A model generated the notes under the pieces. That model was not told the origin of the DNA. It worked only from the letters and a program-made list of their open reading frames with translations, and did no database searches. A program made the position numbers and the translations under genes. From Heterodontus francisci (taxonomy: Eukaryota), in NCBI RefSeq assembly GCF_036365525.1, contig NC_090404.1:27736149-27800148 (forward strand): a stretch of DNA of 64,000 nucleotides, in the 5' to 3' direction. Positions 38,101 to 50,409 of this stretch are shown here, one piece after another. Position 1 is the first letter of the stretch; the number at the start of each line of letters is the position of its first letter.

Positions 38101-38298
38101 AATAGGGTGAATGAGACTGCACAGACCCCTGAACCTCTCATGACTAGAGATTTATCCCATTTATAAAGCAATATTTGGCACTGAACCACATAAGGAGATA
38201 TTAGGGCATCTGACCAAAGGCGTGATCAGAGAGGTGGGTTTTAATCAGTGTCTGAATCACGAAGGGTGAGGTAGAGAGGCGGAGAGGATTAGGGAGGG

Positions 38299-39686
38299 AT
38301 AAGAAATAGGAGCTGGAGGAGGCCATTTGGCCCTTCGAGCCTGTTCTGCCATTCACCCAGATCATGGCCGATCTTCTACCTCAACTCCACCTTCCCGCAC
38401 TATCCCCATATCCCTTAATTCCCTCAGTACCCAAAAATCTATCAATCTCTGTCTTAAATATACTCAACGACTGAGCATCCACAGCTCCCTGGGGTAGACA
38501 ATTCCAAAGATTCACAACCCTTTCAGTGAAGAAATTTCTCCTCATTTCAGTCCTAAATGGCCGATCCCTTATCCTGAGACTGTGACCCAGTGTTCTAGAT
38601 TCCCCAGACAGGGGAGACATTTTCTCAGCATCTACCCTGTCAAGTCCCTTAAGAATTTATTATGTTTCAGTCAGATCACCTCTCATTCTTCTAAACTCCA
38701 GGGAATATAGACCTAGTCTACTCAATCTCTCCTCATAGGAGGAGATGGAGCACAGTGGGGGTGCTGTAGCATAGTGGGTATGTTACTGAACTAGTAATCC
38801 AGAGGCCTGGACTAATGATGCAGAGCCAAGAGTTCAAATCCCACTATGGCAGTTTAGGGATTTAAGCACAATTAATTAATTAATTAAATCTGGAATTTTA
38901 AAAAAATTAGTAGTAGTGATCATGAAACTACCAGGCTGTCGTAAAAATGTACTTAGTTCACTAATTTCCTTGAGGGAAGGAAATCTTCTGTCTTTACCCG
39001 ATCTGGTGTATATGTGAGTCCAGACCCACAGAAATGTGGTTGACTCTGAACTGCCCTATGAAATGGCCTAGCAAATCACTCAGTTATATTCAAGGAGACG
39101 GCTCACCACCACCTTCCCAAGGGCAATTCAAAACAGGCAATAAATGCTGGAATTTCCAGCAATGCCCACATTTTGTGAGTAAATAGAACAATTGCCTCAT
39201 CCCAGGACCCAGATTAGTGAACCTTCATTGCATTCCCTCAAGGGCAAGTGTGTCCCTCCTTCAGTAAGGTGACCAAAACTGTACGCTTCTCCAGGTGGGG
39301 CCTCACCAATGTTCTGTATAATTGTAGTGAGACTTCTTTACTCTTATTCTCCAATCCCTTTGTAGCAAAAGCTAACATACCATTTGCCTTCCTAATTGCT
39401 TGCTGTACCTGCATGTTAACTTTCTGTGATTCATGTACAAGGACACCAGGTCCCTCTGAATGCAAACATTTCTCAGTCTCTCACCATTGATAAATCTGCT
39501 TTTTTATTTTTCCCATCAAAGTGGATGACTTTCTGCTTCACCACATTGTATTCCATCTGCCATGTTCTTGCCCACTCACCCAACCTGTCTATATCCCTCT
39601 GCAGCCTGTTTGTGCCCCCCTCACTGCTTACTTTCCCACCTAACTCTGTATCATCAGTAAACCTGGATACATTACACTCAGTCCCC
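38299..39686 (-). mobile_element. CR1-type LINE 3' part interrupted by a SINE
   Basis: Minus-strand FRTEMRRNFFTERVVNLWN and QVQQAIRKANGMLAF...LYRTLVRPHLE. Confidence 0.9.
38757..39185 (+). mobile_element. tRNA-derived SINE (MER131-like core) with LINE-derived tail
   Basis: A-box-like TAGCATAGTGG and B-box GAGTTCAAATCC. The 3' tail GCTCACCACCACCTTC.CAAGGGCAATT...GGCAATAAATGCTGG matches the LINE end at 57277-57350. Confidence 0.75.
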
Positions 39687-40532
39687 TGTTACAGACAGGT
39701 AGGAAATGGGGTGACTGGCTTCCACTTTTCACCTCCCGACTGACCACAGATAGTGTTTTTGTTAAACTCGTGTTTCAGCCTCTGAGTGTTTTAAGGGTCA
39801 AATAAACAGACCAGCGACAGGTTTTCTCATACATTCACACACATAAACACACATAAAGATAGATAGATAGAAAGGAAAAGGTAAGATACATTTAAAGTCC
39901 CAAGTTATCTAAGAGTTTGATGGTTTGCAAAAACCCATTCCATCATCTTGGGAGGAAAGTCTTTTCAAAGGTGCAGGCCTGAATATTTGGAGTCTTGAAC
40001 TTGCTGAAGTGTTGCAGATTTCTGGTTTGTTTCCACTGGTGGGGAATTCAAAGTCACCTTGCAATTTCTCTCTGCCCCAGTTGTTCAAAGATGGTTTGAA
40101 ACTGTTTTTCCAGACAGGGCACCTTTGCTCAACTGGTCAACCTCACAGCTTCTCTGGCTGGAAATATGGCCTTCAGTCTCTATCTATCTCTCTCTCTCTT
40201 TAAGACAAAAGTGTTATCAGCTTGGTTTTGATCATGTGACCAAAGAATGCTCTCCCCTGCAGGGTTTATACAATGTCTTTGAACGTGCACCATTGTTAAA
40301 AATGGGGTTTGAAGATGGCTCATCGTGATACAGTGGTGTTAGGTCACACCTATTATTTTGATTTTGAATCCACAGTCTCCCTCTCTGCCAGGGTCTTTGA
40401 TAACACAATTGTTGAAGATAGGAGCTGCTTCGCTTTGAATTGCCTGTTTCCCATTTTAATGTCTTCCCAGGGCTGGACCAGATGTGATGATGGGTTTTGG
40501 TCTCCAACAGCCCAGATGTATTTTGTATTACA
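39687..40532. mobile_element. LTR-like element
   Basis: Begins TGTTACAG, truncates the CR1, and its first ~150 bp resemble the element at 41457. The end at TATTACA is tentative; no TSD seen. Confidence 0.55.
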
Positions 40533-41180
40533 GGAGGGGAGTCACCTGACCTCTACCCAATCTTGTCTGCAGCAATGTGTCCATGTTTTGGAATTTAGTT
40601 ATCAGGAGAGATTAGAGAAACTGGGGCTCTTTTCATTAGAGCAAAGGGTCATTGGGAGATCTGAGGGAGGGGTTCAAAATTTCATCAGGTAAATGAGGAA
40701 AATCTATTTCTACTAGTCAGTAGGTCAGTAACTAGAGGACATCAAATTCAAATCATCACCAAAAGACTCAGACTCGGGATGAAATAACAAACAGAATGTA
40801 CAAAAATATCCGGAACACTCACTGTCCCTCTGGAAGTGTGTCCAGGAGGAAAACTGATGGATTTCCCTTATCATTATGTTCAATGTTGTTCTTATCAAAG
40901 TAATGGATGTCAGTCCCTGGAAATGAGTCATTCAGAGCACTGTGTGTCTGCTCGAAGCATTCTCCAGTGAGATACAGTATGGGATAGATACATAGTAAAG
41001 CTCCCTCTATACTGTCCCATCAAACACTCCAGGGACAGATACATGTGTATGTTACCGATACCTTCCTTGGATACCAAGACTAGGAGAGGCAGTCTGCAAT
41101 ATACAGGGAGCTGGGACCTGGCCATGAGAATAACCGAAGGTCTGAGAACTGAAATAATAAAGAGTAATGATGAGGTGTTA

Positions 41181-41456
41181 GTCGTGGCTCAGTGTTTACA
41201 TTCTCATCTCTGAGTCAGTAGGTTGTGGGTTCAAATCCACATCCAGAGACTTGAGCACAAAATCTCAGCTGATATTCCAATGCAGCACTGAGGGAGCACT
41301 GCACTGCCAGAGGTCCCGTCTTTCACATGACACCTTCAACCAATACCCCATCTGTCCTCTCAGATGGACACAAATGATCCCATAAAGTTATTTTGAAGAG
41401 CAGAGGTGTTCTCCCCAGTGTGCTGTTAATATTTATCCTTCAAACCACATCACTAA
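41181..41456 (+). mobile_element. tRNA-derived Deu-domain SINE (SacSINE1-like)
   Basis: A box TGGCTCAGTG, B box GGTTCAAATCC, and a central region GATCCCAT...GAAGAGCAGAGGTGTTCTCCCCAGTGT resembling the recalled Deu domain. Confidence 0.7.
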
Positions 41457-42088
41457 TGTTACAGCCACGTGGTGAGATTTGGTTGGTTCCCACTGTTCAA
41501 CTCCCACCTGACCACAGCAAGTGTGTTTTGTAATAAGGGTTTAGCCCCTTGGTGTTTTATTTGTCAAATAAACAGACAGTGACAGGCTTTCTTGTAGGTT
41601 TTAAAACAGAAAATCAATTGTTTATTGATCAATACGCCTTATCCTGAAATTGTCATAACCACATCCACTCACACAAGAGACAGATAGAGAGGGAAAAGGA
41701 CAAAACAATTTAGAAGTGGGCAGGGGGGTAGATTTCGGGGAGGTCATGGTAAACCTGTTGAATTCTCTTGGAAATCCAGTTCTCATTGGTTGCAGGCCTG
41801 AGGTGTTTTTAGATTTCTCTCTTGGCTGAAAGTCAGTGGATCACTTCTAGTTCACTGCTGTATAGAGTAGATACAGAATTCTGCAGCAGGGCATCTACTT
41901 TCTGGTTTGATGGAAACAAGCTTCTGGATTCTGTCTTCTATTATCTCGGGTGTCCCTCTCTCTCGGCTGCTTTTTAAGATAAAGCTGCATTACTTCTCAC
42001 CTCCAGTGGTGACTTTGGTCAGGTGGGTGGGGAGGCTTCAGAACCATAGGCCTCAACACCTGCAGAAGCTACTGGTCCTGCATTTACA
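41457..42088. mobile_element. LTR-like element
   Basis: TGTTAC...TTTACA termini with flanks CTAA/CCAA; related to the element at 39687. Confidence 0.55.
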
Positions 42089-42104
42089 CCAAGCATGTGG
42101 TGAC

Positions 42105-42224
42105 TCGATTCATCAGGACCTGAATATCATCGGCTTTGAATGTGGAAGGAAAAAAGGTTTGTCTGTTCTGTCTGTGGGAAAAGATTCCAGGTATCAGTGT
42201 GACTGGAAAAGCACTGAGATACAC
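42105..42224 (+). pseudogene. 5' fragment of a C2H2 ZNF exon (one broken finger)
   Basis: ACTCGATTCATCAGGACCTGAATATCATCGG matches 32557-32587, followed by [18 protein letters not shown]. Confidence 0.7.
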
Positions 42225-43262
42225 AAAGCCCTGATTGGACCACTCCTGGAATATTGTGTTCAGTTCTGGGCACCACACCTTAGGAAGGATATATTGGTCT
42301 TGGGGGGAGTGCAGGGTAGATTTACCTGAATGATACCTGGACTCCAAGGGTTAAATTATGAGGAGAAATTACACCAATGAGTCATAGATTTATTGCAACA
42401 CAGAAGGAGGACATTGAGCTTTTTGATTCCATCCCAGCTCTCTGTAGAACAATCCAGTCAGTCCCATTCCCCCACTCTATCCCTGTAGTCCTGCAGGTTT
42501 ATTTCCCTCAAGTGCCCATCCAATTTCCTTTTAAAATCATTGATCATCTTTGCTTCCACCACCATCATAGGCAGCGAGTTCCAGGTCATTACCACACACT
42601 GCCTAAAAAATAAAACTTCTTCCTTAAATCCCTCCTGTATCTCTTGCCCAAAACCTTAATCTGTTTCCCCTGGTCCTTGTAACTTCAGATAATGGGAACA
42701 GCTTTTCTTTGTCTACCTTATCTAAACTTGTCATAATTCTGAGCATCTCTATCAGATCTCCCCTCAATCCCCTTTGCTCCAAGGAGAACAACCCCAGCTT
42801 CTCCAACCTGCAGCCTCTCGAACGCCTTCATATCCTTCCGAAGATGTGGTGGCCAGAACTTGATGCAATACTCTAGTTGTGGCCTAACCAGAGCTTTATA
42901 AAGTTTCAGCGTAACTTGCCTGTTTTTGAATACATATCTCTATTTATAAGGCCCAAAATCCCAAATGCTAACTATTCTCTCAATACTTCCTGCCACATCT
43001 AATGATCTGTGCACATGAACCCCCAGGCCCCTCTGTCCCTGCACACTCTATAGAATGGTACCATTAAGTATAAATTGCCTCTCCCTATCCCTTCTGCCAA
43101 ACAGCATCACCTCACAATGAGGGTTGTATTCCCTGGAATTTAGAAGATTAAGAGTTTTGAAGATATAAATTGGAACTAATAGGGTAGATGGAGAGAAGAT
43201 AATTCTGCTGGTTGGAAAGCCAGAACTGGGGACATAGTCTAAAACTTAGAGCCAGAACTTTC
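42225..43262. mobile_element. + strand CR1 fragment with a nested - strand CR1 (42382-43114)
   Basis: [16 protein letters not shown] on +, LEKLGLFSLEQRGLRGDLIE on -, and a CAATGAG direct repeat at 42375-42381 and 43115-43121. Confidence 0.85.
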
Positions 43263-43316
43263 ATTCAACCACAACAGGCCCTGTAAACCCACGTGTTAAT
43301 CCACCCCTGGGCCCTG

Positions 43317-43690
43317 TTTAGTTTAGTTTAGAGATACAGCACTGAAACAGGCCCTTCGGCCCACCGAGTCTGTGCCGACCATCAACCACCCATTTTATAC
43401 TAATCCTACACTAATTCCACATTACTACCACATCCCCACCTGTCTCTATATTTCCCTACCACCTACCTATACTAGGGACAATTTATAAAGGCCAATTAAC
43501 CTATCAACCAGCAAGTCTTTGGCATGTGGGAGGAAACCGGAGCACCCGGAGAAAACCCACGCAGACACAGGGAGAACTTGCAAACTCCACACAGGCAGTC
43601 CCCAGAATTGAACCCGGGTCGCTGGAGCTGTGAGGCTGCGGTGCTAACCACTGCGCCACTGTGCCGCCCTACTGCGCCACTGTGCCGCCC
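43317..43690 (-). mobile_element. HE1-type (V-SINE) tRNA-derived SINE
   Basis: Minus-strand tRNA-like head, V-domain-like GGGAGGAAACCGGAGCACCCGGAGAAAACCCAC, and a (TTTAG)n tail; four copies in the window. Confidence 0.9.
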
Positions 43691-43699
43691 TTCTCATCC

Positions 43700-44545
43700 A
43701 CATGAGCCTCCTCCCAATCTAATTACCTCTTCCCACTCTGCCCCCATATCCCTCTATTCCCTTCTCCCTCATAAATGTATTGAGCCTCCCCTTAAACACA
43801 TCATTACTATCTGCTTCAACCACTCCACATGGCAGTGAGTTCCACATTCTCACCACTCTCTGAGTAGAGAAATTCCTCCTAAGTTCTCTATTTGACCTGT
43901 TAATGTCTGTCCTATATTGCTGCCCCCTTGTTCTGACTGACTGATAATTTTAAAGAGCTCGATCAGATCTCCTCCTAGTCTTCTCTTTTCCAGAGAAAGG
44001 AGCCCCAGCCTGCTCAATCTTGCTGGATAGTAGCATCCACTCTCGTGACTTCTTTGTAAATCTATTCTGCACTTTCTTCAGTGCTTCAATATCCTTTTTT
44101 AATCTGGAGACCAGAACTGCTCACAGTCCTTCTAAGTGAGGTTCTCTATAAATTTAACATTCCCTCCCTGCTGTTACATTGTATTCCTCTAGAAAAGAAC
44201 ATCAGCTCTTTCTTTGCTCTCTTATCGACTTGTGTTGCTCCTTTCAGTGATTTATGTGACTCTGTTCCCAGATCTCTTTGCTCCTCTGTTCCATTTAATT
44301 TCTTACATTCTGACCAATAACTGGCCTCCTTATTCCTCCTCCCAAAATGAACCAGCTCACATTTCACTATGTTGAATTTCATTTCCCATTTATCTGTCCA
44401 GTCTGCCAGCCTGTTTATGTCTTCCTGGATTTCAGTGCACTCCTCCATATTATTAGCTCTGCCACCCAATTTCGTGTCATCTGTGCATTGTGAAAACATC
44501 CCTCTAATTCCTGAGTCCAAATGTAGGTAATGAACAGAAGTCCCA
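43700..44545 (-). mobile_element. Old CR1-type LINE fragment
   Basis: Minus-strand DDTKLGG...IQEDINRLADWTDKWEMKFNIVKC. Confidence 0.85.
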
Positions 44546-44689
44546 TTGTACCTCACACCATAGTTGATGGCCTGGGCACTCGGGTTTCTGTATCATTTAT
44601 TTAATGATTTTGTTCTTTGAGTCTCCGGCTCCAAACTCCATGGGATGACACAAAAAAATCAGCCATTTAACAATTGGAGTTTTCAATGG

Positions 44690-45100
44690 CGGATTAATTA
44701 CTCAAGATGCTCCATTGGTCAGAAAGTCCCCTAGCAATGACTCCAGGAGCCCAGTGCGCTGGCGTGGGTTCTGATTGTGCTTTGTCCATGCGCAGTACGG
44801 TTGACGGACAGAGGCGGATCTGGAGGCGGGAGGAGTTTGTGGGTGCAGGGGAGGAATTGGAACTGTGGGTGGGCTGGGAATCTTCATAAACACCCGAATA
44901 AGAGGACACAGGCCCCGTGTTTACCCCGCAGTGACCGGGGGGTGGGGGGGGAGAGCACTGGCCGCCATCTTAGACAGGTCAGGGTGCATGTGCGGCCAAC
45001 TTGGTGAGGGCACAGCGAGTGGGCGGGGCTTCAGAGTGTCTGTTCCCAGCCGGGTCCAAGTGCCCAGGAGATGGAGCATCCTGAACAACAGGGTTTTCAG
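44690..45100. promoter_or_regulatory. CpG-rich putative promoter
   Basis: ATTGG at ~44714, CATGCGCA (NRF1-like) at ~44788, GGCGGG, YY1 motif GCCGCCATCTT at 44961-44971, and GC box GGGCGGGGC at ~45021. Confidence 0.55.
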
Positions 45101-45194
45101 CAGCTTCACCCACTCCCAGGCTGCATGTGATGTTTGCAGCTTAGAGGAGTCCATGGGCCATGTATGTATTCAGTGTGAGAGGTTACTGTCCCCA

Positions 45195-45525
45195 GTGGCG
45201 CAGTGGTTAGCCTCACAGCTCCAGTGACCCGGGTTCAATTCTGGGTACTGCCTGTGTGGAGTTTGCAAGTTCTTCCTGTGTCTGCGTGGGTTTTCTCTGG
45301 GTGCTCCGGTTTCCTCCCAAAAGACTTGCAGGTTGGTAGGTAAATTGGCCATTATAAATTGCCCCTAGTATAGGTAGGTGGTAGGGACAGGTGGGGATGT
45401 GGTAGGAATATGGGATTAATATGGGATTAGTGTGGGATTAGTGTAGGATTAGTATAAATGGGTGGTTGATGGTCAGCACAGACTCCGTGGGCCGAACGGC
45501 CTGTTTCAGTGCTGTATCACTAAAC
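45195..45525 (+). mobile_element. HE1-type SINE
   Basis: Head GTGGCGCAGTGGTTAG...GGGTTCAATTC; reverse complement of the 43317 copy. Confidence 0.9.
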
Positions 45526-45558
45526 TGTATAGTTACCTGAAGGAGCTGCTCCTCAACT

Positions 45559-46017
45559 TAGAATCATGGAAATTTACAGCATGGAAGGAGGCCATTCGGC
45601 CCATTGTGTCCGTGCCGGCTGATAAATCTAATCCAGCCTAATCCCACTTTCCAGCTCTTGGTCCGTAGCCTTGTAGGTTTGGGCTCTTCAAATGCATATC
45701 CAAGTGCTTTTTAATTGTTATGAGGGTTTCTGTCTCTACCAGCCTTCGAAGCAGTGGGTTCCAGATCCCCACCACCCTCTGAGTGAAAACATTTCCCCCC
45801 AAATCTTTTACAGGTTTATACCTCTTAACTAAATCTATGCTCCCTGGTTACGGACCTCTCAACTAAGGGAAATTGGTCCTTACTATCCATCTATCTAGAC
45901 CCCTCATAATTGTTTACACTTTAATGATGTCTCCCCTCAGCCTCCTCCGTTCCAAAGAAAACATGCCTCACCTACCAAATCTTTCCACATAACTAAAATT
46001 CTCCAGTCTAGGCAACA
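45559..46017 (-). mobile_element. CR1-type LINE 3' end
   Basis: AGAATCATGGAAATTTACAGCATGGAAGGAGGCCATTCGGCCC tail and degenerate ORF2 terminus. Confidence 0.75.
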
Positions 46018-46902
46018 CTGGGGCACAAGGAATACTGGAAGAGCGATAGTGATGAGAGATTCAATGGTCAGGGGAACAGATGGCCGTTTCTGTGGCCGCA
46101 GACGTGAATCCCAGGATGGTGTGTTGCCTCCCTAGTGCCAGGGTCAAGGATGTCACTGAACGGCTGCAAAGCATCCTTGGGAGGTGGCAGGGGAGGGTGA
46201 ACAGCCAGTAGTCATGGTCCACAGTGGTAACAATGACAGAGGGGTAGGAAGAGGGATGTGGTTCTACAGAAAGAGTTTATTGAACTAGGTAAGAAATTAG
46301 CAAGCAGGACCTCAAAAGTAGTAATCTCCAGATTACTCCCAGTGCCACGCCCAAGTGAGTATAGAAACTGGAGGATAGTGCAGATGAATGCTTGGTTGGA
46401 AAGATGGTGCGGGAGGGAGGGCTTTAGATTCCTGGGACACTGGGACCAGTTCTGGAGAAGGTGGGACCTGTACAGGCACAATGGGTTGTACCTAAACATA
46501 GCTGAGACAAATTTCCTTGTGGGAATGAGGTGATTTGCTAGTTCTATAGGGCAGGGATGTGGGAACAAGGAGTTAATATCAGAGAGGAATACCAAGGTGC
46601 ACAGAATACTGTGGGAGATGGATAGCATTAGTGTCGGGAATAGTAAGTTATTAGTTGGGTCCGAGTCAGGGAGAAAGTAATAAAGTCTGAATCAGGGTTA
46701 ATGTGCATGTATGTGAATGCATGGAGTGTGGTTAATAAGACTGGTGAGTTACAGGTGCAGGTTGACATGGAAATATGATGTTGTGGCTAGAACAGAGATC
46801 TGGCTCAAAAGAAGGGCAGGACTGGATGTTAAATATTCCTAGATACAAGGTGTTCAGGAAAGATAGGAAAAGAAGAAAAGGGGGAGGGTGGTGTTATTGA
46901 TT

Positions 46903-47412
46903 CTTTTCTTTTTGGGCCTCCTTATCTCGAGAGACAATGGATACGCGCCTGGAGGTGGTCAGTGGTTTGTGAAGCAGCGCCTGGAGTGGCTATAAAGGCC
47001 AATTCTGGAGTGACAGGCTCTTCCACAGGTGCTGCAGAGAAATTTGTTTGTTGGGGCTGTTGCACAGTTGGCTCTCCCCTTGCGCCTCTGTCTTTTTTCC
47101 TGCCAACTACTAAGTCTCTTCGACTCGCCACAATTTAGCCCTGTCTTTATGGCTGCCCGCCAGCTCTGGCGAATGCTGGCAACTGACTCCCACGACTTGT
47201 GATCAATGTCACACGATTTCATGTCGCGTTTGCAGACGTCTTTATAACGGAGACATGGACGGCCGGTGGGTCTGATACCAGTGGCGAGCTCGCTGTACAA
47301 TGTGTCTTTGGGGATCCTGCCATCTTCCATGCGGCTCACATGGCCAAGCCATCTCAAGCGCCGCTGACTCAGTAGTGTGTATAAGCTGGGGGTGTTGGCC
47401 GCTTCAAGGACT
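46903..47412 (-). mobile_element. RTE-clade LINE, 5'-truncated
   Basis: RWLGHVSRMEDGRIPKDTLYSEL...CSTCGRACHSRIGLYSHSRRC; TSD GTTATTGATT at 46893-46902 and 47441-47450. Confidence 0.9.
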
Positions 47413-47649
47413 TGATTAAGGACTTGATAACTTGATTCAAGTTATTGATTAAGGACAGCATTACAGTGCTGGAGAGAAAGGATATCCCAGAGTGGCCATG
47501 GGCAGAATCAATTTGGCTGGAGCCAGGGAACAAAAAAGCAGCAATTACATTGCTCGGTGTCTACAGACTACAAACTAGTGGAAAGGATGAAGAGGAACAA
47601 ATTTACAATGAAATTACAGAGAGATATAAGAATTATAAAGTAGTCAGAG

Positions 47650-47976
47650 AGAGATACAGCACTGAAACAGGCCCTTCGGCCCACCGAGTCTGTGCTGACC
47701 AACAGCCACCCATTTATACTAATCCTACATTAATCCCATATTCCCTACCACATCCCCACCATTCTCCTACCACCTACCTACACTAGGGGCAATTTACCTA
47801 TCAACCTGTAAGTCTTTGGTTGTAGGAGGAAACCGGAGCACCTGGCAGAAACCCATGCGGTCACAAGGAGAACTTGCAAACTCCGCACAGGCAATACCCA
47901 GAACCGAACCCGGGTCACTGGAGCTGTGAGGCTGCGGTGCTAACCACCGTGCCACCCCCTGTGCCACTATGCCACC
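47650..47976 (-). mobile_element. HE1-type SINE
   Basis: Similar to the 43317 copy. Confidence 0.88.
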
Positions 47977-49257
47977 CCACAGTTCTAACAGGGAACTTTA
48001 ATTGTCCAAATATAGACTGGGATTGTAGTAGTGGAAAGGGCAGAGGGGGGCAAGAGTTCCGAGAGTGTGTCCAGGAATATTTTCTATGGTATGTTTCCAG
48101 TCCAATGGGAGAGGAGGCACTGCTGGACCTGGTCTTTGGGAATGAGGTGAGGCAAGTGGATCAAATATCAGTAGGAGAACACTTAGAGGACAGTGATCAT
48201 TGTACCGTAAGGTTTAGGTTAGTTATGGAAAAGGGCAAAGAACAATCTAGAGTAAGAATAACAAACTGGAGGAAAGCCAACTTCAATGGGTAAGAATGGA
48301 TCTGGGCCGAATAAATTGGAATCAAAGGTTGGCAGGAAAATAAACAGCAGCTGAACAATGGGCTACTTTCAAAGTTGATAGTTGGGGCACAGGCAAGGTA
48401 TTCCCACGAAGGGGAAAGGTAAGGAAAATAAATCCGGAACTCCCTGGATGAGAAAAGGGATAGAAATGAAGATGAAGAAGAAAAAGTGTGCTTCTGACAG
48501 ATGTCAGGTGGATAATACAATGGAGAAATAGGCTGAATATAGAAGGTTCAGAGGGGAAGTGAAAAAGCAAATAAGAGAAGCAAAGAGAGAGTATGAAAAG
48601 AGACTGGTAGCTAACATAAAAGGAAATCCCAAAGTGTTCCATTCACATATATATAGTAAAAGGGTGGTAAAAGGAGGAGTAGGGCCAAATAGGGACACAA
48701 AAGGGGATTTACGCATGGAGGCGGGGGAATAGCTGAGGTATTAAATGAATACTTTGCATCTGTCTTTACTAAGGAAAAAGTTGCAACTCAGGCCACAGTG
48801 AAAGAGGAGGTAATTAATACACTAGAAGGATTTAAAATTGATAAGGAGGAGGTATTAGATGGGCTGTCTAGTTGATAAAACACCAGGGCTGGATGAGATG
48901 CATCCAAGGATACTGAGGGAAGTGAGAATGGAAATTGCAAAGGCATTGGCCATAATTTTTCAGACCTCCTTAGACTGAGGGGTTGTACTCCAGAGGACTG
49001 GAGAATTGCAAACGTTACACTCCTGTTCAAAAAAGAGTGCAAAGATAAGCCCAGCAACTACCAGCCAGTCAGTTTAATTTCGGTGGTGGGAAAACTTCTA
49101 GAAAAAATAATTCGGGACCAAATTAATAGTCATATGGACAAATGTGCGTTAATTAAGGAAAGCCAGCACGGATTAGTTATGGGAAAATCATGTTTAACTA
49201 GAGTTTTCTGAAGAGGTAACAGAGACGGTTGTTGAGGGCGATGCTGTTGATGTCGTG

Positions 49258-50005
49258 ATGAAAACCCCACATGCCAAATGGAAATATTCATTTCGTCGTG
49301 TGGAACTTTGCCTGAGACTCATCACTGAGACGGTTACAAATAACTTTAAAAAACAGAACAGCGAGCAGCCAAGATGGCCACGCATAATTTGCACATGAAA
49401 ATAAAAAGCAGGCTGGAGACAGAGGTGATTGCCCAGCCTAACCAGAAGAATGGGATGCTCTCTGATTCACTTATCTGGGATAACCTTGTCAATGGGCATC
49501 ATCAAAAGCCATCAACACCCATTGACTTTGAAAGAGCCAAACTACACCCCACCCCCCACCCCCTGTGCTTCAACAGCTTGAGGAGAGCCTTGAATTTCAA
49601 AAACATTTCCAGAAGCTCCTGGTTCAAACACAGAGGTGGTCACATCACATGACCACTTGAACCACTCTGGAGATTTGTGAATGGTGACTCAGAAGATAGT
49701 CAGTAACTGAGACCCAGCAAGAGAGAATCACCACTCTCGCTCTCACTCTGTCCAGTAAGTTCCCAGAGAAGACTTCAGCTGCAGCTACCAAGTGTGTGTG
49801 TGTGTGTGTCATAGATGCCTAGTGTATTTTAGTAAATTTTAATTGGTTTACAGTGTTAAGGTTAATAAACCTACATCTTGTTCAAACTCAAGAAAACCTG
49901 TCTGATTGGTTCATTTGCAATTATGTATTAGAGGAACAGGAGCAAGTACTCATTGAGGTGGGAAGTTAATTCACTGGGTTAAAAAGATAAACCATGTTGC
50001 CGTCC
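49258..50005. mobile_element. LTR-like or unclassified repeat truncating the CR1
   Basis: Starts abruptly after the CR1 AVDVV codons; non-coding, with an internal (TG)n and AATAAA. Termini uncertain. Confidence 0.4.
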
Positions 50006-50409
50006 ACTAAAAACAGCCTCCAGTCACACAAACACCATCAACCATTACCCTTAACTTCCAAACTTGCCACTTTGCCTTGGATCCCATGAGCATTTATTTT
50101 TGTGACCAGTCAGCCATGTGAGACCTTATCAAAAGCATTGGTTACACTTTAGCCTCACTCTCCTAATCTTCGGTCACTCGGTGTGGAGGGGGATGGCTAA
50201 GTCAGAGGAGCTACTCCTGGAATAAGAACCAGAAATGCTGGAAATACTCAGCAGGTCTGGCAGCATCTGTGGAGAGAGAAGCAAAGTTAACGTTTCAGGT
50301 CAGTGACCCTTCTTCAGAACTAGCAGATATTAGAAATATAAAAGGCTTTAAGCAAGTAAAGTGGGGATGGGGCAAGAGATAACAAAGGAGAAGGTGTAGA
50401 TAGGACATG

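Larger units (their letters stand above)
46040..49257 (+). mobile_element. Decayed CR1 LINE: ORF1 (SGNH esterase-like), then ORF2 endonuclease and start of RT; interrupted by RTE and HE1
   Basis: VVISRLLPVPR...NAWLERWCGREGFRFLGHW (ORF1), GNFNCPNIDW and LLDLV...SDH (APE endonuclease), and NYQPVSL/SQHG (RT). Confidence 0.9.

Noticed and set aside
45195-45260. tRNA-like sequences here and at 38757, 41181, ~43600, ~47900 and ~62780
   Set aside because: These are SINE heads continuing into SINE bodies, not tRNA genes.
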